Below are positions 39,913 through 53,100 of a DNA stretch of 64,000 nucleotides, in pieces; within the stretch, counting starts at the first letter, position 1, and each line of letters opens with the position of its first letter. Under the pieces are notes generated by a model. It saw nothing but the letters and a program-made list of their open reading frames with translations, was not told the origin of the DNA and made no database searches. Origin of the DNA: Dendrobates tinctorius (Eukaryota); assembly GCF_039654945.1 (NCBI RefSeq), contig NW_027361829.1:40734001-40798000 (forward strand), given 5' to 3'. Made by a program: the position numbers and the translations under genes.

Positions 39913-40615
39913 TCTTAGAATCGTAGAGTTGGAAGGGACCTCCTGGGCCATCTGGTCCAACCCCCTGCTCAAAGCAGCCAAAGATTATGTAGAGGGGTTC
40001 AAAAATTTCTTCTGCTATCTCCTTCAGTACTCTGGGGTGTAATTCATCTGGACCTGGAGACTTGAATTCATTTAGGTTAGCTAAGTGTTTCCTCACTATC
40101 TTTCTGTTTATAGATATCCTGGATTCTTCTATTCTCTTAATAGGACAGTGAAGAACAGTTGATGTTACATTTCCTTTCTGAGAGAAAACAGATGCAAAAT
40201 AGGAATTTAAAAGTTCGGCCTTCTCAACATCCTGTCTTACAATTTCATCATTTTCATCCTGTAAAAATCCTATAGCATCTTTGAGTTTTCTTTTACTTTT
40301 GACATATCCCCAAAATCCTTTATTATTGCTTTTGACATCTTTTGCAAGCCTCAATTCATTGTCAGCTTTAGATAATCTGATTTGTGCCCTGCAGGTTCTG
40401 CAGACAGCATTATATTCTTCTTTAGATATGCCTCCCTCTTTCCATTTTATAAACATTTTTTTCTTCCTTTTTAGCATGTGCTTAAGTTGTGTGTTCATCC
40501 ATCCTGGCTTCCTTAAATGCTTCCTATTCTTCCCTCTTTTCGGAATTGTTAACAATTGTGCTTTGAGAATTTCATTTTTCAAGATTTCCCATCCTTCCTG
40601 GACATTATTAATCCG
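39913..40615 (-). mobile_element. CR1 LINE fragment, internally deleted
   Basis: ORF 39854-40582 (KPGWMN, KAELLNSYFASVF, KSPGPDELHPRVLKE) fused directly to a CR1 3' end (GGTCCCTTCCAACTCTACGATTCTA). Confidence 0.9.
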
Positions 40616-40961
40616 TGTTTAGTGCTTGCTAAGGCTACTTTCACACATCAGGTTTTCGGCGTCAGGCGCGATCCGGCGTCGTGCCGGAATGCCGGATCCG
40701 GCAAATGTTTTGTAAAACCTGATGTGCCGGATCCGTCTTGTTCTTGACAGACAAAACCGGATCCGTCTCATTCGGTTCATCCGTTTTTCTATCCGTTTTT
40801 CGACGGATTACGCCGGATCTGGTTTTTAAAATTGACCCTTGTGGCCTTCCGAACGGGATTGGCTACTGGAAAACTATATATAGCATGTTCCTACAGCCCT
40901 TCTTTGACAGGTTGTAGAGGAGAAAGTGCAGGTTGGAGAGAAGAGCAAGTTACTGGCGAAG

Positions 40962-41087
40962 ATGGATGTTGTCATTGGAAATATTACCACTAGAAGTTCT
41001 GTGACGGTTTCAGTAATGAGGGACAATTTTGCACTATACTTTATGTCACCTCAAGGCAGAGTACACTGGCAGGATGACAGAGTGTGA
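40962..41087 (+). pseudogene. Residual Harbinger nuclease mini-ORF (41 aa)
   Basis: MDVVIGNITTRSSVTVSVMRDNFALYFMSPQGRVHWQDDRV*. The RDxFAxYFxSPxGxVxWQ end is the characteristic Harbinger transposase C-terminus. Upstream CTATATATAG TATA-like box. Confidence 0.8.
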
Positions 41088-41591
41088 AAGATTTGTGCCC
41101 TAACCAAACTTGTGTACCTTCTGGACCAACAGTATATACCTTTGCCAACCAAAGTTGGCTATCTTGTCATGGTCTTACTATTTTTAGCTTTAGGCCACAG
41201 GTGTGTACCTGGTTGTGTTTTATGCAAAGTATTTCACCTTTTAACAAAAGTTGTGTACATTGTTAGGAAATCACCAACAATAAACACAACTTTTCAGGTG
41301 AAATACTTTGCTTCAAACACAACCAGGAACACAACTGTGGCAAAAAACTAAAATTTACCCACAGTTATATACCTGGTTTTGAATACCTTTTTACCTTTTA
41401 AATACCCTGTATTTAACCTTTTTTTTAAACATATTTCGCCGCAGAAAGAAATGACAGACAACCAGTGTAAACAATAATTTAACTTTTATTTAAAATATTT
41501 TTTTTTGTGTAAACTGTTTTTAAAGTTAAAAAAACTTTTTTAATAAAGGTTTGAAACCAACCAAATGGGCATTTTTATTACAAAAAAAACA

Positions 41592-44180
41592 TTATAACTC
41601 GGTGTAGTGTGGGGTGGAAATACTGCTGGAGGGGCTGCGGGACACTTCGACAATGGGAGTGTGGAGAGAGGACTGGGATCGTGGTGGGGAAGGAACAGTT
41701 AGAGGTGATGGTGTGGAAAAAGCTACAGAATGGGTGGACATGTGGGAGGCAGAAGAGGAGGTGGGCGGTGGAGTGGAGGGTTGGGCAGGGACTGTAGGAG
41801 CAGATGATGTTGATGGAAAGTTGTTCGGGGAAGGAGTTTGGTACGGGGAAGGAGTTTGGTACGGGGAAGGAGTTTGGTACGGGGCAGGTTGCTGGAAGTG
41901 GGGAGATGTCTGGTACTGGGGAGGTTGCTGGTACTGGGAAGGTTGCTGGTACTGGTGAGGTTGCTGGTATGTAATAGGAGGGGGAGGACGGAAAGTGGCT
42001 GGAGGGGGTGCAGATGTAATAGGAGGGGGAGGATGGAAAGTGGCTGGAGGGGGTGCAGATGTAATAGGAGGGGGAGGATGGAAAGTGGCTGGAGGGGGTG
42101 CAGGTGGAGGAACTACAGTGGTGGGAGGTGGAGGTTGGGAGGTAACCTGCTGTAGAGCACCGTGGCACGAATGCATTACATGCATCTGCTGGGTAGGAGA
42201 TAGTGTTGCCATGCGCTCCACAACAGACCTGAAAAAGGTGTGGTTTGGCGAAGATCTTGCTTCTGAATGCATGGTTTGCAGAAGTGTCTTCACCTCCGGA
42301 ATGCTGGAGTTGATCTGCTGAAAGCCTGCGGAGATTTGCTCTGACAAGACTTTTAGACAGTTCTGGAAAGATGCATTCAGATGCAAGAACTCTGACGCAT
42401 AACTCTTTTCCTGACCCCTCTGCCGCTGCCGCCCAGTACCCGCAGGTGTACTAGAGGTGGCAGGGGCAGAAGGGTGGGGTAAAGGGAAAGCGATCTCCTA
42501 ACCAGCAGCTTCATGTAATGTAGGCGGCCACGATGCTCCTGTGCTGGTGGATGGGACAGATGGGTCGAATGTGTGGGAAGGCTGGGAAGGTGCAGATGTA
42601 CCGGGGCGGTCGAAGTGTCCCTCGGTGCCGGTCTCCTCAGGGATCGCCTCAGAAGGGTCCAATCGTGCAGGCTCCCGAGTGCTGCTCACCGTGCTGTGGA
42701 ATAAAGAGAAAAAAAAACAATTAAAATACTGACATGGTATGGCCCTGGCTGAAAAAAAAAAGTTACATCTAACATTTTTTTTCACATGTGGTGTGTAATA
42801 TTTACCTTCTAGTGACCATTGTTTCCCGGAGGAACGACAGGGCTTGTGCGTACTTGTACTTGCTCCTGCGTCCTCCAGATCCACTCGGGGCCCGCATCTC
42901 TTTATTGAACTCCTTCTTGAAACGATCCCTCACAGACCGCCACCGATTCACAATTCTGTTCCCTGAAACGAGAAAGGAGTGGTTAGTATACAACATCAGT
43001 GTTTCACAAACTCCAGTCCTCATGGTCCCCAGGGGTCATGTTTTCAGGATTTCCATAGTAAATAGAAATCCTGAACACATGATCCGTGGGGACCACGAGG
43101 ACTGGAGTTCGGGAAACACTGGTTTACATCAAGCAACCGGTACTGTATATACTTACGCTCTTTAATCTGGGCCCGAACATCGAGGTCCTCCCAGCGGCCC
43201 ACAAGGAGCGAACAGATTTCCTCCCAGAGTCGTCGGGTAACGATAAGGTCAGCGTGGCGGCGGTCAGCCATATTCCAGAGCGGCTCCCTTTCTCTGACGA
43301 GATCGATGAGGTGGTCCACATCGAGTCCTCCATCCTCACCGTCAGAGTCGGGAGCACGCTGTGAAGGCAAAAGAAAAAGACAAAAATAACATAATTAGCC
43401 TCCACAAAAGAAATGAAATAAAAAGTGCAAAAAAACAAAGCAAAAATATTTATACTTACACGCTGGTGACCGCCGCGTTGCTGTCGCCGACGACCCTGGG
43501 AGGCACTGCGAGGACCTCTTGGCCGAGCACCAGATTGGGAAGACTAGAGAAGAAAACAAAAAATGTTATGTCTTTGGATGTAGGCATTTGTTTGCTGTGT
43601 GTGGTCTGCAGAACATTGTTTTCTATGTGTTGTGTGTAGTGTGATGTTGTGTTTCTGCGTTTGATGCAAAAAACTTACCAATTGTGAGCCCACTCCAAGT
43701 GTCTGTCCACCCCTTCCTTCTTCTTCTGGGAGCTCCTCTTCATCTTGTGAATCCTGTTTTGAAATAAAAGGCAATGAATAGACATATATTACAGAGATGA
43801 TAGATTTTGGAAATAAAAACTTACCGTCAAACGCTGACGATGCGAGGGAGGGCTCCCAGAAGATGATGTGCTGTCTTCCTGGTGGCCACACTCCATGCCT
43901 GTGGGTGGTGTTCCAGCTGCTGCCATTGCTGCTGCTGCTGCTGCATCTATTGGGCGGCTGTTGAATAAAGAGAAACAAAGGGCCAATGAATATCTTGATA
44001 TTCAATAGCCCTAGTTTGGAGGAATGGGGGATTTGATAATTACCGTCTCTCATCTGCTGCTGGCCTCCCCTCCTCAGCATGTTCCATTTGCTGCTCCATT
44101 TGGGGTGGTGGTGGTGCTGATGGTGCTGCAGTGGTCTCCTGCCTTCTCCTGCTGCGCTTGGTTGCTTTCTTGGGTGGCAT
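41592..44180 (-). pseudogene. Harbinger Myb/SANT-like (MADF) DNA-binding protein, 7 exons, one premature stop
   Basis: Exons 44180-44044, 43957-43825, 43753-43679, 43543-43460, 43358-43157, 42962-42806, 42693-41592; all GT-AG and phase-consistent (1890 nt). MADF motif LIDLVREREPLWN...WEEI...RWRSVRDRF. In-frame TAG at 42500-42498. TATAAAA upstream. Confidence 0.88.
42997..43121. mobile_element. Small hAT-type MITE in intron 5 of the MADF gene
   Basis: TIRs CAGTGTTTCACAAACTCCAGTCCTC / GAGGACTGGAGTTCGGGAAACACTG. Confidence 0.8.
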
Positions 44181-45135
44181 GTTGGGTGTGGCTGTGGGTC
44201 CCACTGTCTTGCTTTTATATATGTCTTGTGGGCAGAGCTACTGAGCATGCTCAGACCAAAAAAACCGGATCCGGCCACCGGATCCGGCTTTCGCCGGATC
44301 AGGCGCATTGCGGCGCTCATAGGCTTTCATTGTGTGAAAAAGCCGGACGCGCCGGATCCGGCGTGTCCGGCTTTTTCGCCGGAGACAAAAAACGTTACAG
44401 TAGCCGTTTTTTCCAGACGCCGGATCGCGACACATTGCCGGATCCGGCGAAAACCGGATGAAACGCATGGCCATCAGGCGCGATCCGGCGCAAATGCAAG
44501 TCAATGGGGGGGAAACCGGATCCGGCATTGCATTTCGCCGGATCCGTTTTCTGTCAAAAGCGCCGGATCGCGCCTGACGGCGAAAACCTGATGTGTGAAA
44601 GAGGCCTAATGGTTATTCCTTAGTAATGCATTCACTACCTAACCATTGTCTCCAATCACTGATATGTGGCCACTAGAGATGAGCGACTTTGCCTTTTTTC
44701 GGGTCGAATCGGGTTTTTCTCAAAAGTCGGGTCGAATGAAATCGGCCGATTATCGTGAAAAGTCGAAGGCCGACTGAAACACGAAACCCAATGCAAGTCA
44801 ATGGGGAAGAAAAGTCGGCAGTGAGTGGAGGACAGGAAACACACCTACAGTGCCCATTTTAATGCCAAAAACATCAATTCTTATTACTTAAGCTTGTCAA
44901 CCTTAATTTACATTATAATAATAGTTAGGCATTGAAAACTGGGGGTTATTTGGCTAAAGTTGTGGGGGGGTAGGGCTGGCTCCAGATTTTCGTTGGCCCT
45001 GGGCCAAAGAGTGTCACTGGGCTCTTTTAACACATGCCACAATTCATGATGATCCTCTAATACGGCAGAGAAATAGCGGTATAGTGCAATGAAAAATACT
45101 TCACTTCTTACATCTCATGACTGATATCCATTTTA

Positions 45136-45218
45136 AACCCGCTGAACCCCGTTAGTGATGGGGATCTGGGATTACAATTCTTCCCCGCGAATGAGGATTT
45201 CCCAGTAAGTGCAGGTCA
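45136..45218 (+). pseudogene. 18S rRNA fragment (diverged, non-functional)
   Basis: AACCCGCTGAACCCCGTTAGTGATGGGGATCTGGGATTACAATTCTTCCCCGCGAATGAGGATTTCCCAGTAAGTGCAGGTCA matches the recalled 3' part of vertebrate 18S (AACCCGYTGAACCCC..TCGTGATGGGGATCGGGGATTGCAATT...GAACGAGGAATTCCCAGTAAGTGCGGGTCA). Confidence 0.88.
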
Positions 45219-45399
45219 ACCGGAATTCTGGAATTAGGCCTAACCGGCATTCCAGAAAAAATGAAAAAATTGAGTGTCCAAACCACAGGTGCTGTTGCTT
45301 GCTTAACAGCTGGGCTCCTATGCTGAGTAGCACGCAGTTCTTACATAAACAGGCGGCATAACTTGGTTCTCTGGAGGACTCCTCTGCTGAGTAGCAGAA

Positions 45400-48047
45400 A
45401 GTGCTACCAAAGCCACCAAATATAAAAGAAACCACTGAAAATGTATTATTGAAACAGATAAAGCAGCAAATCATAATGAGGTGATCATTATGGGGGACTT
45501 CAACTACCCCGACATAGACTGGGAAACTGAAACCTGCGTATCTCAGAAAGGAAACCAATTTCTGTCAGTGACCAAAGATAATTATCTGTCACAACTTGTG
45601 CAGGGCCCAACTAGAGGGACAGCCCTTCTGGACTTAATTTTAAGCAACAGGCCAGATAGAATAACAGAAGTACGAGTCGATGGGCACCTAGGGAACAGTG
45701 ACCACAATATAATACAATTCCACTTGTCCTTCAGTAAGGTGCCCTGGAAGGGGGTTACAAAAATGCTGAATTTCAGGAAAGCAAAGTTTGATCAGCTTTG
45801 AGAGGACCTTCGCCGAATTGATTGGGACAATGTCCTCAAAAATAGGAGCACAGAAAATAAATGGGAAATATTTAAATCAGTTTTACACACCCACTGCGAG
45901 CTAGCAATACCGTACAGAAATAAAAGGGTTAGGAACAGGAGAACACCAATGTGGCTAAATAAGGATGTAAAAAGGGCAATAAATAACAAGAACAAGGCAT
46001 TTAAGAAGCTAAAACAAGAAGGCAATGAAGAAGCATTAAAAAGTTATAGAGAAAAAAATAGAATGTGTAAAAAACACATACATTTAGCAAAAGTGGAAAC
46101 TGAGAGACTCATTGCTAAGAAAAGTAAAACAAACCCCAAACTATTCTTTAATTATATAACCAGTAAAATGATTAAAATTGATGGTGTCGACCCTTTAAAG
46201 AACAATGAGGGTGAAATCATAGAGAGCGATGTGGGAAAAGCAAATGTTTTAAATACTTTTTTCTCAATAGTGTTCACTCAGGAAAAGGATTTGCCAGGGG
46301 AAATGCAGAGTGATAATGTAAACTACCCATTAAGTATTACCTGCCTAACCCAGGAAGAAGTGCAGAACCGCCTTAGTAAGATTAAAATTGACAAATCACC
46401 AGGCCCTGATAGCATTCACCCTCGGGTATTAAGGGAGTTAAGTAATGTGATAGACAGGCCTCTATTCCTTATATTTAAAGACTCTATAGAAACAGGTTCT
46501 GTTCCTTTTGATTGGCGGCAAGCAAATGTGGTACCAATATTCAAAAAGGGGTGTAAAAGGGAACCTGGAAACTATAGGCCAGTAAGCTTAACATCTGTTG
46601 TGGGTAAAATTTTTGAAGGGTTTCTAAGGGATACCATTATGGAATATCTCAATGTTAATAAATGTTTAACTCCATATCAACATGGATTTATAAAGGATCG
46701 CTCCTGTCAAACTAACCTGATCAGCTTCTATGAGGATGTAAGCTCTCAAGTAGACCAAGGAGAATCATTGGATGTCATTTATCTCGACTTCTCTAAAGCA
46801 TTTGACACTGTCCCACATAAAAGATTGGTAAGTAAGATGAGAAAGCTTGGGCTAGGGGAAAATGTGTGTAGATGGGTAGGTAGCTGGCTTAGTGATAGAA
46901 AACAAAGAGTGGTTATTAATGGTGCATACTCAGATTGGGCCAGGGTTACTAGTGGGGTAGCACAGGGTTCTGTATTGGGCCCCCTACTATTTAATATATT
47001 TATTAATTATCTAGTGGATGGCATACACAGTAAAATATCAGTATTTGCAGATGATACAAAACTATGTAAGGTAGTTAACACAAAGGAGGACAGTTTGCAA
47101 CTACAGACAGATTTGAGTAAATTGGAGAATTGGGCTGAAAGATGGCAAATGAGGTTTAACACAGATAAGTGTAAGGTTATGCACATGGGAAGGAGAAACA
47201 GATGCTACAATTACTTACTAAATGGGAAACTGCTGGGGAAATCAGACATGGAAAAAGACTTAGGCATCTTAGTCAATAAGAAGCTAAATTGGAGTGCCCA
47301 GTGTCAGGCAGCTGCCACCAAAGCAAATAGGGTCATGGGATGCATTAGAAGAGGTCTGGGGACACAAGATGAAAACATAATTGTCCCTCTGTACAAATCA
47401 CTCGTCAGACCACACTTGGAGTATTGTGTGCAATTTTGGACGCCGGTGCTCAAGAAAGACATTACTGAACTTGAAAGGGTTCAAAGGCGGGCTACTAAAA
47501 TGATAAATGGAGTTGGTTCACTACAATACCCCGAAAGGTTGTCAAAATTAGGTCTATTTACTCTAGAAAAGAGAAGACCTAACATATATATGTACAAGTA
47601 TATCAGCGGGCAATACAGAGATCTGTCCAATGAACTGTTTGTACCAGGACTGTGACAAGAACAAGGGGGCATTCTCTTCGTTTGGAGGAAAGACAATTTC
47701 TGCACCAGCATAGAAGAGGGTTCTTCATGGTAAGAGCAGTGAGGCTCTGGAATTCTCTTCCTGAGGAAGTGGTGATGGCCAACTCACTGAATGAATTTAA
47801 GAAAGGAATGGATGCTTTTCTTGTGAGTAACAGTATAGAAGGTTACGAATAACATCATAATATAGGTAGATGGTTCACCCAGCTTAGGGGAAGGAATTTT
47901 TTTCCCTATGGAGAAAATTGGCTTCTACTCTGTGGGGTTTTTTGCCTTCCCCAGGATCAACAATGCAGAACAGCTGCACTAAAAATAGGCTGAACTTGAT
48001 GGACATAAGGTCTTCCTTCAGCCTTCAAAACTATGTTACTATGTTAT
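45400..48047 (+). mobile_element. CR1 LINE, 5'-truncated within the endonuclease
   Basis: IMGDFNYPDIDW, GHLGNSDHN; 568-aa ORF 45949-47655 with [33 protein letters not shown]; 3' tail (CTATGTTA)n. Confidence 0.95.
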
Positions 48048-48215
48048 TAATGAAAATGAAGTTACGCTTTTGGTGAACGAACCGTTCTCGAACGGAACCT
48101 CGAACAGCCGAATTTTAAGCAAAGTGTTCGAGTTCGACGAACGGCTCGAACACCGCCCAAAGCAGCTGGAATTTTAACTTGGCGAACAGGTCGACTCGAA
48201 CACCGCTCATCTCTA

Positions 48216-48610
48216 ATCAGGAGGCAAACTCAGATTTTCTCAGGCCCAGTATGGATTCGACAAGATTGTAGAAAGTTGAGAAAGGGTACAGTATCACCGG
48301 ATAACAGGTGTGTATATATAGCATAGTTTAAACATTAAAAACCTATGCCTATATATCAGGAAGCAGACTCGGAGGGTCTCAGGCCCAGTATGGATTTGAC
48401 GTGATTGTACAAAGTTGAGAAAGGGTACAGTATCACCGGATAACAGGTATATATATATATGTAGCGTAGTGTACACCTGAAAAACCTATGTCTATATATC
48501 AGGAGGCAGACTCAGAGGGTCTCAGGCCCAGTATTGATTTGACGTGATTGTAGAAAGTTGAGAAAGGGTACAGTATCACTGGATAGCATATATATAATAT
48601 ATAGCATATA
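48216..48610. repeat. ~125-150-bp tandem repeat inside hAT
   Basis: Three copies of ATCAGGAGGCAGACTC...CAGGCCCAGTATGGATT...AAAGTTGAGAAAGGGTACAGTATCAC. Confidence 0.85.
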
Positions 48611-48619
48611 ACCCTGTAC

Positions 48620-50100
48620 CTGACCTTGCCACGCCAACATTTTTTCTTGCTCCCTGAGAAGCATCCTCCTCCCCAAAATAATCATCCCCATCATCCTCCT
48701 CTTCTTCCTCCACCTCGTCCACGAGACTTCCCTGAGCAGGCAATGGCTGACTGTCATCAAGGCTTCCCTCCTCCTCTTCCTCCTCGGCTGCAGATGCCTG
48801 CTCCTTAATGTGCATCAAAGTTTGCATGAGCAGACGCATAAGTGGGATGCTCATGCTTATGATGGCGTCGTCTGCGCTTACCAGCCGTGTGCATTCCTCA
48901 AAACACTGAAGGATTTTTACAGAGGTCTTTCAGCTTCGACCACTGCACACCAGACAACTCCATGTCTGCCTGCAAACTGCCTGCCCGTGTATCCTCCCAC
49001 AAATGCATTACAGCCTGCCTCTGTTCGCACAGCATCTGAACCATGTGCAGGGTGGAGTTCCAACGTCGATAATTAGGCGGTGCTTGCGAAGGTGGAGCAA
49101 TCGCTGCAGCTTCTGCATACGACTGAAGTGTACGGGCGACCGGCGGATGTGCGAGCACAGTCTTCGCACCTTATGGAGCAGGGGTGTTAACTCCGGATAA
49201 TTATTGAGGAAGTACTGCACCACCAGGTTCAAGGTGTTAGCCAGGCAAGGTATATGTCTGAGTTTTGAAAGGGCTATGGCTGCCACAAAATTCTGGCCGT
49301 TATCACTAACTACCTTGCCTGCCTCAAGACGTAGACTGCCCAGCCATGACTCAGTTTGTCGCTGCAAGTAGTCGGCCAGTACCTCCGCGGTGTGTCTGTT
49401 GTCGCCCAAACACATCATCTTCAGCACAGCCTGCTGACGCTTACCAGTAGCTGTTCGATAGTGGGACACCTCGTGTGTAACACTGGCAGCTGCGGATGGA
49501 GTGCTCGTGCGAGTGCGCTCTGTGGACGAGCTTTCGCTTCTGGAGGAGGAGGGTCGAACGCCTACAGCCAACCGTTTCCTATACCGTGGGCTAGGCAGCA
49601 CTGTCCCACCGCCGCTGTCCCCTGTGGACCCTGCATCCACCACATTAACCCAGTGCGCAGTGATGGACACGTAACGGCCCTGGCCATGCCTACTGGACCA
49701 TGCATTTGTTGTGACCTCGACATTTGCTGCTGATGGTGTGCTAACCAGTGGGCTTACAGTGGGGGAAGCGATGTAGCATTGCTGACTACCTTCATTCGGA
49801 GCAGGTGCACATGTGGTACGTGAGATTTGGTAGTCCGTCCACGCTTGCAAGTGCATGGTGGTTAAATGTCTAAGCATGCAACTGGTATTCAAATTTCTCA
49901 GATTTTTCCCTCGGCTAAAGGTCTTTGCGCACTTCTTACAGATAACTTTTGCCTGATCATTAGGATTTTGTTAAAAATTCTTCCTACTCTTCCTACTATG
50001 GAAGACATTTTGAGACCTTGCATGATGTGCTAATTTGACCGTGTGGCCAAGCTGTCCTGCAACTCTTTTGGTTTTTGTAACCCGTTTTTGGACTGCTATG
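48620..50100 (-). pseudogene. hAT transposase with BED finger, internally deleted
   Basis: VICKKCAK...TSCMLRHLTTMH, AWSSRHGQGRYVSITAHWVN, VVSDNGQN, HIPCLANTLNLVVQ, RWNSTLHM. Confidence 0.9.
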
Positions 50101-53100
50101 GTCCTGCCAGATAACAGCTGTTGCGATGTCGTTGCCTTCACCATTGAGGTCTGATGAACTCCCTCTTCTGGTGAAGGAAGGTAGTGAGGCTGATTACCAA
50201 GCACCTGAGCTGGGAGAGGATGACTGGGCATTTGAGGATTCTAGGAGAAATCACCAGCGAGGAGGAAGGGCGTCGGCTGCCTTATATCCAGTCAGAGATC
50301 CCCGTCGCCCAGTCATCCTCTCCCAGCTCAGGTGCTTGGTAATCAGCATCACTACCTTCCTTCACCAGAAGAGGGAGTTCATCAGACCTCAATGGTGAAG
50401 GGGAAAATGAACTCATAACAGTGGAGGGTGTCTATAGGATTGGTGAGAATTTGAATCTCACTATAGATTTGAGGACGCTGAACTATTGTCTCAGGCCCAG
50501 GAGAGATTACACCTCAATGTAACAAGCTGAAATTGGATGGTGTATGACAAGGTGGAGGGTGTCTATAGGATTGGTGAGAATTTGGATTTCACTAGAGATT
50601 TGAAGACGCTGACAATGATGCTCTCAGTCCAAGTATGGACGCAGGCAGCCTAATAAGCAGGACTGCTGCACACACAAAAGGGTGGAAAAATGAACGCTTG
50701 GTAACTGTGCAGAAAAGAGGATGAAAAGTATTTTTGCTTTTAAAAAAAGCAGTTTGCCCAGCAGTGTGCAAACAGCAATGCAGCTATCAGAAAGCCTTAT
50801 AAGGCAGCCTAATAACCAACAGAGCTGATGCACAAAAATATAGCCTCCCCTGTAACTGCACACAAAGTGTTGTGTTGTAAGTGGAAATCGTTAACAGCAG
50901 AAGCAGTTTTTGAGTTCTTCCCTGCCTAACGCGCTCCCTTATTCTGAATCAGCAGCAGCCAGCAACCTCTCCCTAATGCTAAGATCGGCAGAAGTAAGAT
51001 GGCGGTCAGCCTTCACGCCATTTTATAGCCCCTGTGACGCCACAGAAAGCCAGCCAATCACTTGCATGCCCTTCTCAAAGATGGTGGTGACCGATGCCTA
51101 TGCCATCGCGTTGCCCACAGTGTGTGTCCTCCATCATTGGCTGAAAAAGGGCGCTGGAAGCATCTTTTGAAACTCGACTTTGGCGCTCTGGTCGCTGACC
51201 TCGTGGCCGACCTCACGCTATGGTCGGGTTTCGTTTCATGAAACCTGACTTCAGCGAAAGTCGCTGACTTTTGAATATGACCGACCCGTTCCGCTCAACT
51301 CTAGTGGCCACAAATCCTCCTGCTCTTCCTCATTTACACGGTGAGCCATAGATTTGAAGGCGAGCACTTTCGATTCTGCACCGTACAATCTATATTGGAA
51401 TTATGGCAGCAACGGTGCAATACACTCATGGGGGGGGATAAGGAAACCAGGGACTAGAGATCTCCGTAGTAGCAATCGGTAGGGTTCACAGTGAAAAAAC
51501 ATGCACACTGTGTGTACAATTATGTATATTTGATTATTTAATTTCACTCTTGAACAGCTACCGCTCTGTCTGCCAAAAAAGTTTGGGTACCAGAACAGTA
51601 CCTGGATCCCGTTCACTTGAATGGAGGGCCCAAACATCCACTGTTTGCCACACTGTCATGTACATGACAGCATGGCAACACTTCTTCTGATCGGCAATAG
51701 AATCATTAACACTTGTCAGACAGCCGCGATTCCCCCTCTGTCAAATGACAGCGTGAGCCCGCAGCAGTGATCGTATTTAAATTTTCCTACGGTCACTGGG
51801 GTTGGATAATAAGACTACTGCTCCCATCAGCCTACGCCTCCTCTCGCTATTACCAGCAAGAGCAGGAGCGACTGATGGGAGTATTCAACAGCCTGCGCTC
51901 TAAATAATTTTTTAAAAAAAGGAACAGCGTGGCTTTCCCTATATTTTAGATAACCAGTCCGGCAAAACTGACAGCTGGGTGTTACAACCCTCAGCTGTTA
52001 GCAAGGCTGGTTATCAAGAATAGAGGGTCCTCACACTTTTTGTTTTAATTATTTAAATAAATAATTTAAAAAAACGATGTGGGATCCCCCCAATTTTGAC
52101 ATCCAGCCTTGCTAAAGCAGACAGCTGGGGGCTGGTATTCTCAGGTTGGTATGGGGACAATGATATTGCCCTCCCCCAGCCTAAAAACAGCAGCCCACAG
52201 CTGCCTAGAAAAGGTGCATCTATTAGCTGCACCAGTCCTGGTGCTTTGCCTGGCTCTTCCAAATGGCCCTGTAGCAGTGGCAAGTGGAGTTCATATTTGT
52301 GAGGTTGATGTCACCTTTTGTACTGTCTGGTGACAGCAAGCCCACGGCTTAGTAATGAAGAGGCGTCTGTAAGACACTTATCCATTACTAATCCTATTGT
52401 TGTATTGTAAATAAAGACAAAGCCAAAATAAAGTATTTCTCTAGTCACCTTCCACGACAGCCATATCGGAGGATGTCTCCCCGCCCTAATGGGGGACAGG
52501 AAATGCACAAGAGGTTAAATAACCCTCCCCTTCCTGCTATCTCCAGTGTTTTTCCTGTCCCCTATGGGGCATGAAGAGGTCCGGATAGTGCTGCCGTGGC
52601 CGGCGACCGGAAGCACTACGATGATTACCTGGAGCCGGGCGGCCGAAGGTCGGGGGCTCCGCTCTCCTCCACATAATGGCTGCTCTCGTCTCCGCTTCGG
52701 CGGGACTCGGGACCCCTACCCGCATCTCCTGCACCCCTCTGCGTGGTAAAGCGAGGCGGTGATGTGCGTCCGGGATCCTCTGTGAGTTCCCCGGCGTCGT
52801 CCTCCCCATGCAGTAGGCGCACGCGCGCACCGGAAGTGACGGTGGGACCGGTGCCGAACTTCCGGTTTGCCTCCCACCGACGTTCCTGGCTGGAATGCTC
52901 ATGCGGCCGGTATTACCAGCCCGCCGGTAGCGTCTCGGGCCCCCATCAGCGCTAGAGCTCCACCGACCCCCAGCATCCCACCGACACCGGCCGCTAACCA
53001 ATAGAGGCAGGACCGGGGCCAAGGGGGCGGAGCCAGCAACCCTGGGGGAATGGAACGGCCGCTGAACAGCTGAAGAATCAGCTGCAAGGAGGGGTGATTG

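Larger units (their letters stand above)
40633..44606. mobile_element. Harbinger transposon deletion derivative (nuclease lost, MADF gene retained)
   Basis: TAA TSD; TIRs GGCTACTTTCACACATCAGGTTTTCG / CGAAAACCTGATGTGTGAAAGAGGCC; subterminal CCGGATCC repeats; two convergent genes. Confidence 0.95.
44674..51303 (-). mobile_element. hAT transposon, rearranged, containing a CR1 and a second hAT end
   Basis: 8-bp TSD GTGGCCAC; TIRs TAGAGATGAGCG / CGCTCAACTCTA; an additional orphan TIR CGCTCATCTCTA ends at 48215. Confidence 0.9.

Noticed and set aside
45041-45128. Box C/D snoRNA
   Set aside because: ATGATGA and CTGA are present, but there is no convincing terminal stem or recognisable rRNA guide. 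Mentioned only as a possibility.
45136-45218. Functional rRNA gene
   Set aside because: Only 83 bp, diverged, and no flanking rDNA.
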